This document shows positions 49,734 to 61,187 of a stretch of DNA of 64,000 nucleotides, piece after piece; within the stretch, counting starts at the first letter, position 1; each line of letters starts with the position of its first letter. The position numbers and the translations under genes were made by a program. The DNA lies in the NCBI GenBank assembly GCA_033442325.1, contig JAWQFM010000014.1, positions 695,312 to 759,311 of the forward strand, written 5' to 3'. The notes beneath the pieces were generated by a model. That model did not search any database, was not told where the DNA came from, and saw only the letters and a program-made list of their open reading frames with translations. The stretch is from Salpingoeca rosetta. Lineage: Eukaryota > Protista > Choanoflagellata.

Positions 49734-50749
49734 TCAGAAGTTGAGCTTGGTCTGGCGCCAGCGGCGGCGCTTGGCGTTGTATCGGATCTTGTTGTCCGTT
49801 TTCTGAACGAGGACAAAGAAACGGTGTGTGCGTGCGTGTGCGTGCGGTGAGGTATGGGTGTGAGTGTGTGCACGAGGGGGTTCATAACTGTGCGGTTGAT
49901 AGAGGGTTGTTAAGAACGGTGCGTGAATGCAACACAAAGAAGAAGCGTATGTGCACGCGCTCGTGCACGATTGCGCGTGCCTTGGCTCGCACGCACTCAA
50001 ATACAGTTACCTCACGCAACAACCACGCCTCCACCGAAAGCCACCATCACACACACACGCACACATCAACAAACCCACAAACATTCCCGCAGCTGCACGG
50101 GCACACGACACAATCAACAGCAACAACAAGAGCAACCACAGCAATCCCTCTAGCGCCAAGACTCACGAGGCGGATCCACTGGGGAAGAGGCCTGTTCTTG
50201 CGGGCGGCCTTGGCCAGCTTCATCTTGATCCTGAAGGACTTGTGGCTGGGCCTGTGCGTGGTTGGAAGAACGAGAACAAAGAGGAAATGTGGGAAGAAGG
50301 GTTGGAAGCGGGGGTGGAAGAAGACACAGCGATGAGTCAAGAATGGAGTCGCGGCGGTACGTGCGTGGTGCAAACGCGAAGCGACAGCACACGGAAACGT
50401 GTGCATTGGGTTGTGCCTCTGCTGCTGATGCTGCTGTCTCGGCGTTCACAGCGTTTAGCTTTGTATCCCTGAATCATCAAACACAGCTCCTCGTATCTGC
50501 TGCCATACTCCTCATCGTAACAGCATCGCTCATTGCGACGTCGTGTCTCTCCCTGGCCACTCATCAACGAAGCTGCTTCGTCTTTGCACACACCCTGTGC
50601 TCGGTGCTCGGTGCTCGGTGCTCTGTGCTCGGTGCTCGGTGCTCTGTGCTCGGTGCTCTGCACTTTCCTTGCTTTGTGGCCCGCGCTTACGCACACAGCC
50701 CACGCACATCCACACAAGCACACACACACAAGCAGCAGCACACTCACAT
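49734..50749 (-). CDS. RPL39: 60S ribosomal protein L39 (eL39); 3 exons
   Basis: AT|gtgagt...cag|G CCC AGC gives [29 protein letters not shown] / [22 protein letters not shown]. Confidence 0.96.
50427..50527 (-). ncRNA. Candidate intronic box C/D snoRNA in RPL39 intron 1
   Basis: Terminal stem GCTGTT/GACAGC, box C-like ACGATGA (50518-50512), C' TTGATGA (50480-50474) and box D-like CCGA (50442-50439). Both main boxes are one base off consensus. Confidence 0.35.
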
Positions 50750-50781
50750 GGTTGGTTGTCGTGTGCTGTAAAGGATGATGC

Positions 50782-50794
50782 GGGAGGAAAAAGG
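50782..50794 (-). promoter_or_regulatory. TCT/5'TOP-like pyrimidine tract at the likely RPL39 start site
   Basis: CCTTTTTCCTCCC about 35-45 nt upstream of the start codon, typical of ribosomal protein genes. Confidence 0.55.
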
Positions 50795-51005
50795 CACACT
50801 CGCACACGCTGTCCCCACAGAAGCAAATAAATCCAGAACACAGCACCCTTTTCTCTTTTGCTCCCTCAATCATTCCTAATAATCGATTCACTTTAATCAT
50901 GTCATTCCTGTTTATCTATCATTTAGACAGCTCTGCCTGTCGTGCTGTCGACGGCGGAGACGAAGCAGCGAAACACAACACCACACACACACACACACAC
51001 ACACC

Positions 51006-51370
51006 ATGGCCGATGATGACAGCAGCACTGGCAGCGCTGTCAGTAGTGATGGTGGATGCAGGCCGATGGACGTGATGTTCTTGAGGCTGCTGGTGGAAAA
51101 GGCCGTGTTGGCCAAGGGCGCCAGTGCGGGAATCAACAGCATCAGCACAAGCAAGCGCAGCTTGCCCAGTACTGGCGCTGCGAAACACGACACCGATCCC
51201 ATGGCCATGTGTCGTGAAGCCATTCAAGAGTACCTCCGCCACACGGCAATGAAGCATTCCTTGCAGCAGCAAAAGGCCTGGATCCAACCTCCCGTGCTCG
51301 GGGATGTCGAACTGGATTTCTTTCAGGCTGCCAGGGTTCGTCAGTGTGTGGATGTGTGTGGATGTGTGTG

Positions 51371-51403
<33 letters not shown>

Positions 51404-51922
51404 GTGCGCGTGGATGTGTGTGTGTGTGCGTGCGCGTGTGTGTGCCTGTGCGTGTGCGTGTGTGCGTGTGCGTGTGTGCGTGTGGGTGCATGTGTGTGTG
51501 TGTGTGCGTGTGTGCGTGTGCGTGTGTGCGTGTGGGTGCGTGTGTGCGTGTGGGTGTAAGAAGATGGCTCTGTCCCGTGCACCACGTAACCCATCGACCT
51601 GTTCCCACCTCTCTCTCTCTCTCTCCAAACACAAACACATACGCACATGTGCACACATACAGCAAGCGTGGCATCGCAAGATCGATTGCCGCCTCAACTT
51701 GATCATCACAGAGCATCACATGCCACTGACACTGCCATCAACATCGCCCAACTCGGCAACGCTGCCATCGCGCGAGGTCTTCGTTGACAGAACCCGCCCA
51801 GGTGTGTCACAGAGAACCCAAACACCTGTACACATCGTGCCATGGACGACAGTGTGCTGTGCAAGTTGACCGCAATGGCACAACAAGCGTACAAGCACTC
51901 AACACTCACCCAACGACTTGCA

Positions 51923-52011
<89 letters not shown>

Positions 52012-52639
52012 GCCTGCTCCCATACAATCGTTTGACGCAGAGCCGTTGAAGACGTCCATGTTTGTCTACGACCATCAGGACCTGCTGCGTGAGTACCTGG
52101 CGCTGCGTAACCCGAACATGCGGGAGGACGCGTATGCCCCGCTCGAGTTTGCCGGGCCACGATTCGCCACGCCGTCCCTTAGTGCCCTCCGATCCCTCCT
52201 GCACGACCTCAACCCTTCCCTTCCACAGGTGCGTAGCGAGGCCACGTACCCTGGCCATGATACATGACATGTTTTGAAATATATACACACACAACACGCA
52301 CACACACACCACACACACACACACACACATACACACAGACACACACACATACACACAGACACAGACACAGACACAGACACACACACACACACACACACAC
52401 ACATACTTCACCCACCCCCCCCCGGACAACAGCGTGGGTATGCTCACACTGGTCCTGCGCGTGTGCGGTGATGGTGCTTGTGTTAGATTGGCACGCAAGA
52501 TAGTGTGTTCTCCGCAACGAAAGGAAGCAAAGATACGCATCTCCAGGCGTTGTTGGACACAGTACAACGCCTCACCAAATCAGCCGAGCCAAGCCACTGC
52601 CGCGCCCTTTGTCGGCGGTAAGCACGTGTGTGTGTGTGT

Positions 52640-52711
<72 letters not shown>

Positions 52712-53550
52712 TCTGGGTGTGTGGATGATCATCCTCCCCTTCCGCTCTTTCTTGCTTCTTTGAGCTCTTTCAACCCTCTCCTCCCCAGAAGCCTAGCCTA
52801 CCCAACACCAACCACTGCCTCTGCCCCACCCTCGCCACCCACGCCATGCCATACATCACCAGCGGGTGCCCCGTGGCGCAGCGGGCAACCTTGTGGTATA
52901 TGGCCACGTGCGGCGCGGACCCCAACGACTACGCATTGAAATACGACGAGGTCAGTGAGGACAGTGGAGACAGTGCGGGTTCAGTCGCACGCATCACACC
53001 TTCCACGGCCTGTTCCACTCTTCCACACCCACCAGGGCTTGCTCACACCCCAACCGAGCACAGTGCTACACTGACTTCAACTCGCCGCCATCACTGACAC
53101 CACGACTCACCATGATGGTGTGCAGCTGTGGCATGAGATTCGGCAGGTGCGTCGCCCCGTGGACCACCTCCTCGCTGCAGACGCAAAGTACCAGACAAAC
53201 CTCGACGACAACTACTTTGTCTTCTACGTGAGTGTGTGTGTGTAAGTGTGAGTGTGAGTGTGTGTAATTGTGTGCGTGTGTGATATTGTGTGCGTGTGTA
53301 ATTGTGTGTGTGTGTAATTGTGTGCGTGTGTGTGATTGTGTGCGTGTCTGTTTTCAGCTGTGCACCACGCGTGACCGTCCTTTCATTCACTGCCAACACC
53401 ATCGCATGCCGTTTTCTCACATGCACGTGCATGCACGCACACGGATGCGAAACTTTGTTACCAGGACGTCATCCTCGAAGTGATGATCGCGCTGATTCGG
53501 GACCCAGCGCTCAGCTCCGAATACGGCTGGTAAGCACCACATTCCGTGCA

Positions 53551-53634
<84 letters not shown>

Positions 53635-53788
53635 GTTCACACACATGCAAATGTGTGGTGTAGCACCAGCCTGGGAGCAGACGTGGTTCCAAACGGCATT
53701 GTTCCGTTCCGTGGCCTTTGCCTCTTCGTCGCCCCACTCGCATTTATCTATCCGCGAACACCACAGCTGTACCGCGTCTTTGTCAAGG

Positions 53789-53841
<53 letters not shown>

Positions 53842-54847
53842 AGACATACACGACAACATGCAAATGAATTTGCTGGCATCTTGCACATGTGTGTGTGCTG
53901 TTGTTTTTGTTCTGCACTGGCTCATATACACTTGCAAAATGGCTGCAGCTGTACACGCGGTACTTTCGTCTGCTACACACGCTCAACGAATATCCAAACG
54001 TGAGCGACACATTGCTACCGTTGCACCGTAGCTGTTTACCGACACATCTCTGCCCTGTGTCGTAGCATGTGTCAACTTTGTCAACTTTGGTTTACTTCCC
54101 ATCCCAAACCCGTGTCTCACAACAACAAGTAATGACCACCGCCACAATAATGCACATGTGTGTGTGTGTGTGTGTGTGTTGGTGGTGGTGGTGGTGGTGC
54201 TCTAGGGTATTGCCCGTCTCAGTCAAACGTTTCTGGACCTGATGCAAGTGCGGCTGCCACATCTCCTCCTTCACCTCAAGGTCCGGAGGGCATGCGTGCT
54301 GCGCACATCATTGCCACCGATGCATGGCTGCAATGACACAGTCACTGCTCGTATGTACACATGCACACGAGCACCCCTGCGCTGACACGCACAGTTGCAT
54401 GTCCTGATTGATGCCCGCACATGGACGGTGACAAACAGGGTCTTGGGGTCAATCCTCTTGAGATTGCGTTTCCGTGGATGTTCCAGGCCTTTTCCGGCTA
54501 CCTCCTGCCAGAACAGGTTCATGTGACAGTGATTCTGCTCTTGCTGCCATTGCAACTGCACAACATACACATTTAAGCACATTTACACACACACACACAC
54601 ACACACACTCACACACTCACACACTCACCAACAGGTGCTGCTGCTGTGGGACCGCATCATTGGCTTTGATACGCTGCATGTGCTGCCACTGCTCAGCTTT
54701 GCGCTGTTTGCGTTCCGCCAGCGCGCGCTCGCTGTTGCGCGCACGAAGAGGGACGTGGAGTTTGTGATGGCCGATCTCCGCTCCATCGCCGTCGTGCCGC
54801 TCATGCAGTACGCCCTCTTCGCTCGCGACATTGCAACCGCAGCATAA
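51006..54847 (+). CDS. TBC1D19: TBC1 domain family member 19; multi-exon
   Basis: [94 protein letters not shown], all matching TBC1D19 C-terminal motifs. Confidence 0.92.
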
Positions 54848-54848
54848 T

Positions 54849-54949
<101 letters not shown>

Positions 54950-55173
54950 AACACAGAGTGGGGTGTCGTGTGTTTGCTTGCGCTGACGCCATGGTGCCGC
55001 TCGCTCTCATGCTACATGTGACATGTTTATGTACAGTTTTGATAAACTGAACTGAAGGACCGCCAACACTAAAGAGCAACAATGCCAACACGCGCTCAAA
55101 CAATATGGCCATCAGCATGATACTCGTACCTCCCCTGCACCACAAGCCGGATCAGAAAGACACAAGGACACAT

Positions 55174-55209
<36 letters not shown>

Positions 55210-55649
55210 CCACCCAACAGACCATCCACATCCACATCCACATCCACATCCACATCCACATCCACATCCACACGTCAGTACACGTGCACAATGACAAGAG
55301 GTACACCAAAGAGTTGGCCAAAGCTACAACAAGAAGGACAGAGGGAAGGGATGGGGCAACGAGCGCAAGCGACAAAACTGGCACGGGCTCAGAGACAATG
55401 GACTTTGTCGGAGATGAAGAACAAGAAGCAGGCGAGCAAACAAGGTCGCAAGAAAACGCAGAAGCGGCAAGAAAGGGAAAAACCATGTCGATGAATGGAT
55501 AACAGAACGCCTAACTGAAGCAAGTAGTGTAAAGAAAGGAAAAAAATCAGCAGAAGTGAGCAGTCTCATGGAAGCGGCACACACACACACACACACACAC
55601 ACACAACGCACGCACGCACGCCACAACCACGTTAACAGACACAATGGGA

Positions 55650-56295
55650 TCAGCTGCTCATGTCAATGTCAGCAACTCTGCCACTGCCATCTGCAAAGGC
55701 GAGGTGGGTTCCGTCCATGTTCCACGAGACACAAAACACGGCACCTTTCGACAGCAGCGTCTTCACCACGTCTTGTCTCTGTTGGTGGTCAATACGTGCA
55801 CATCCACGGACAAGACGCAATCAAACTTGAGTGGCGTACAACAAACAAGTTCCCAAATAACACACATTCCAATCAGCACCCTGAACGCACATCCAACGCC
55901 TCAACACGTGTATAATCTGTAGTTTCCCTCCCCCCCTCTTCCAAGCACTGTTAACACGGGCGCATGCGCGCACCTCGACATCCCAAACGATGACGCGGCA
56001 GCCGCCGTCGCTTGTGGCCAGCCAGCGACCGTCAGGGCTGAACTCTGCGCACAAAATACCACTGGCGTGGGCTTTCAATGCGTGGAGACACACGCCCCGC
56101 CGCCCATCGACGATGCGCACGGTGCCGTCATCCGCACCACTGCTCGAAAGCAAACAAGGGCAAGGGAGAAGTGTATTACGGGTGAGGGTGGGCAGCACAG
56201 TAGCACTCAAGCATAGACAGACGCCGCAACGTGAGTGTGAATGCAGCACGGGAATGAAGGCCAGTGAGCGCGCGCGCGCGTGTGTGTGTGTGTGT

Positions 56296-56335
<40 letters not shown>

Positions 56336-59300
56336 GATGCAATGAACACATGAGGATACATGTGCCTGCAACCTCATGCACATGCACACGCGCTTGCTAT
56401 CAGGTACATACGTGACAAGGAGGTGGGACGACGCCTCTGCTCGGCACCAAGCAAGAAACTTCACGGGTGACTCGTGCTGGATCACGTGCTTCACGTTCTC
56501 GCTCTCCAATGTCCACAGCTAACACAAAGGGATGTGTGTGTGTGTGGGGGGGGGGGTAGTGTTGTGAGGCAGTGGCACCGGAAACACATCGGTCTCGCAA
56601 AACACAGTGCAATCGCACACATACACAAAGACAAACACACAGCTACATCACCACACAACCAAGAGTCACAGCATACCCGGACTGTTTTGTCGTCAGACCC
56701 TGATGCAAGCATCTTGAGGCTGTCGTTCCAATCAACCATGTTCACGTCATCCGTGTGGCCAGAGAACCGCTGTTGAAAGTACGGCTTCTTCACCCCAAAC
56801 ATACAAATCATCGAATCTGCACGCAGCCAGCCACGAACGACATGACGATCATGCGACGGGTGAGTACTATGCGGGAGTGCGCGTGAAAGAGGTGGCGTGT
56901 GTTTCTTTCGTCATTCACACTTACATTCTTATTCACACATACACACGCACGCACTCACATTCACACACATGCACACATGCACACACACACTCACGTGCAC
57001 ACACACACACTCACACTCGCACATACACTCATATTTACTCTCCACTGCACCACGTTGGCACTCAACCAAAAACCACACCTGTTCCCGCAGTCACGAATTT
57101 GTCCTCTGCAATCCAAGTCAGGCTCAATATCGATCCTGGTGCACGAAGCAAGAAGAGGCACGCGTGAGTGGGCACGATGATGCAAGCAAGGCAGTGGAGG
57201 AAATCAAGGGCCGTGCTACCGATGAACACTAACATCAACCAGCCAACCAACCAACCAGCCAACCAACCAACCAACCAACCAACCAAACAAACAAACAAAC
57301 AAACAAACAAAAAACCAACCTTCATGGAATGACGCGCCAAGAAGCTTCTTCTCTGTGCGAGTGTTCCAGATCATGACGTTGCCGCCACCGTCGCCAGCGG
57401 CAATGTACCGCCCGTTGCTGCTGAACTTGGCTCTCGCGGTGGGATGGCCCGTGCCCGCTAGCCGCTGCTGGAGCTCACCTGTTCGCAAAGCACGCCGCGC
57501 ACACCACCATCAATGATACCGGCGAGTGAGCCAATCAGCACCATACAATTCAAAACCCCTGCATCTCACTCTGTTGCATTGCGTTAACGACCACAACCGA
57601 AGGCAGCTGTCACAACAGAAGCAGCAGAAGCAACAGTAGCAGCAGTTGTCACAAGGCAACCACGTTCAAGACCACGCGACGTACCGTCATGTGAGGACCA
57701 CACGCGCACGTATCCATCGGCGTAACCGGTGCAGAGGTGGTCGCCATCTGCACTCCAGTCTATCGAGAACACTTCCCCCATTCCTTCCTCTGCAGGATGC
57801 AGGCACACAATGGGCGGCATCTTGGGATCCTGCCAGACATGGGATGTGGCGGGCACGCACAAAGAATGTCACCAACGCACACATGCATATTCCCATCAGC
57901 ACACCTCGCGTTCATACACACTGTCCCTTGAAATACAAAACACACACACAGACACGCACGCACACACAACGAAACACACACGTATATGCACACACGTACA
58001 GGCACATGCAGGGCAAGCGAAGCAACCCAGATGGGGAAGAAGAAAGGCCCAACTGGCAAAACATACGTCGAGGTAAATGCGTGCTTTGTTGTCGCTTCCA
58101 CACGACGCGAGCATGTTGTATTTTGGGTTCCATTGGCACATGAACGCGCCAGTCGAGTGGCCCTGCAATGCGGCACGAAACAAACAGACAGCACGGTCCC
58201 ATGAGATGAGCGCGCTCCTTGGAAACGACGGGCAGCACAAGTTATCACGCGAGGCACAATTTGCAGTGGTATGCGCACGTGAACAACAATCAGAGGACGC
58301 ACCGCCAATTCACGGAGCTGTGAGGCTGGGATCTCCACATTCTTCTTGGCCACAACGTCGTCTGTGTTGGCGTGAAGTTTGCGCAGCACACATGAAATGA
58401 GCACATATTCATCCTTTGGCCAGGGATGATGCGCCCCATGCGTGGCAGGGGTGGGTCCGGGACAATACACTTGAGGCAGCAGAGCATACGCGTTTTGCGT
58501 CGACTTACTTGTTTCTGCCTCTGCTGTGCGTGCTCGCTGTACCTTCTGCCACAGCTCCTTTCTTCGCTCCTCGCAGATGGATGGCTGCAAACATGATGGC
58601 AGAAGCGTGGTCAAAACAGAGAGCAACAGAGCCGGCATGCAAGCTGAACAAGAAGCAGTGAAACATGATCGCAAGTGCCAACGACCATAACCACTGAAAC
58701 GGGTGCAAGTGGAGGCCTTGCAAAACGGGTGCGTGGGCACAGGGACGCGCGGGCGCACACCACACAGGCACACAGACACACAGACACACACACAGACACA
58801 CACCACAGACACACACCACAGACACACAGACACACAGACACACACCACAGACACACAGACACAGACAGACACATGGTTGCACCAACGTACTTGGACAGAC
58901 TCCAGCAAGGACAAGGGTGGGAGGTCCTCGAGGAACTTGGGGTCTGCGGGAAGCCCTTCCTCTGTCAAGTTTATTTCCGCTTGCACATAGTTGAGGGCGC
59001 GCTGCATTTGTGCAATGAGCGACCCGGGCGGGATGTGTGTGGTGGCAATGGCAGAGTGGGCAATGCCGCTCTCCTGCCCAAAGGTGAAGGAGCTGTGTTG
59101 GAACCCTGGTTGAAACGTTGTGTGGGAATGTGCGCGGGTTGTGCGGGTTGTGTGTTCATGTGTGAGGGGTTGTGTGAATACAAGTGGTGAACGCGGCAAA
59201 GGTGTTGAGCTGTCATGGTTTCGAGGAAACGCCGCCGCCGTGCGGGCGTGAAGCAAGCAGGCGTGTCGACAGTGCAAAGTAAAAGGCGGTGGGGTGGCTG

Positions 59301-59512
59301 CGCGCTGCTGTTGAAACAGTAGCTGAAAGAAGCAAGAACAAGTGCAAGACGCCAGCAGCCTCGACACAGGTGGAAGCCTCGACACAGGTGGAAGCCTCGA
59401 CAAGCGGATGCGTCGACAAGCGCGGGGGAGGGGAGGTAGTGGCCACTGACTGACCTGACTCGAGCAGGTACCGGTAGATGAGGAAGTTGATGTGGTCTGT
59501 TTCAATACTCAT
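55650..59512 (-). CDS. TBL1X: TBL1/TBL1XR1/Ebi-like LisH + WD40 co-repressor subunit; multi-exon
   Basis: [32 protein letters not shown]...PPGSLIAQMQRALNYVQAEI (TBL1 N-terminus). WD40s GHSTGAFMCQWNP, VFSIDWSADG..TGYADG, GHTDDVNMVDWN..LASGSDDKT, FSPDGRWLAT. Last exon ends VADIDMSS* at 55650. Confidence 0.93.
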
Positions 59513-59802
59513 GCTTGGGACCGTCGGTTCATGTGACTGCGAACGGGAACGACAACGTGCAGAAGCAAAGCGAAGAGGGTGCACGACATGAGCTGTAGGA
59601 TGAGGGGACAGCAGGAACAGGAGAGAGAAGGAGAAGGAGGGGGCGGGAACTGAACAGGAAAGCGGGAGTTGCGGTGGCCAGCAGCAGTGGCCAGCAGCGA
59701 CCAGAAATGGCCAGCAGTCGGCGACACAGCCCTTCCAACAGCAGTACCACAAGAGGTTGCGTTGCGACAGCAGCAACACAAGCACACAGCACGAGCACAA
59801 CC

Positions 59803-59884
<82 letters not shown>

Positions 59885-61187
59885 CACACACACACACGCC
59901 ACAGCACTCGCGCCGACTTGATGCAGTGACTCGTGAATCATGCACTCCACCACCACAACAACAACAGCGTTCCACACCACAACAAGCACAACTGCAAGAC
60001 ACTGCACACACACGCACACACACGCCTACACGCACCGCACCTTCCTGTCCGCTTCCCAAACTCACGTGATTGGGCGTGTCGAGAAAAGCACACAACAGTG
60101 AACAAGAAGGCAACAACAGCAGAGTGGCTGGGCAGCTGTCGGGGATGAAGCGGCTGCAACGAGAGAACACACGCACAAACACACGCACACACGCGCACAC
60201 ACTGGCAGGCGACTGAGAGACTGAAAGGAGGGAGGGCTGCTGGATATGGGCGCGAGTTGGGGTGGTGGGTTGGATGTTCGCGCGTTTGCAGTTTTGCAGC
60301 TCTTCTTTGTGTTGCTTGCTTGCTTGCTTGTGTGTTTGTGTGGTGCGATTTTCTGCTGTATTTTCAAGCAATTGCACACACCATACAACTCGCACACAAA
60401 GTCGTTTTGAGAATCGTGCGCATTAGTGCCCACAAGCGTATCCACCAGCTTTCCTCCCAGCAAAGCCAGCTTGGGCTGCTTGCTGGCGTTTGCGCTGCCG
60501 CTTCTCCCACACACAACAACACAAACATACGACGACCACCACCACACACCCCTTCTTCCCTCTCCCTCTTCAGCACGTCAGCGCTTCGTTTCAGGGCTGC
60601 TGCCGCTGCTGCTGTTCTTGGTGCTGTTCAACCAAGACAGGCAGAGAGAGCCGCAAGGAGAGAGTGCGCGCACACTCTTTCCCTTTGCTCCCTTGAGCGT
60701 GCGTGTGAAGGACACCGTGTGTGCGTGTGTCCTGCGCTGAAGCTCAAACACAAACGCTGAGACACAAAAGCAACAGAGAGGATACACGCAGTGAAGACGG
60801 TACGATGTGCAGCTACGCCACTGCTTATTGTTTGGATTTGGATCTGTCTTGCTTTGCTTGCGTGTGCACAAGCTGGAGTTTGACGTGAGCGCATGCGAGC
60901 ACGAGCGCGGAGTTGGGGCGGGGGGCTGGCTTGTGCGCTGGTGCTTATGTCCACACGCACGTTTTGTTTGTCCAGATGCCTTGCTGGCGTTTGTTCGGAC
61001 GCTCACATACGCACACGCATGTACACAAACATACACCACGCAAACGCCACGCACAATACCCACAACTCACACACACACACACACGCACACACACGCACGC
61101 ACGCACAACCCCCACAACACACACGCAATCCTACACCAACACGCACACGCACACACCAACACACCGCCAACGTGACGCACGATACAG

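Noticed and set aside
50465-50512. Short matches to rRNA (GGAGTATGG, CAGGGATA)
   Set aside because: Only 8-9 nt and in the rRNA sense on the transcribed strand, so neither guides nor rRNA genes.
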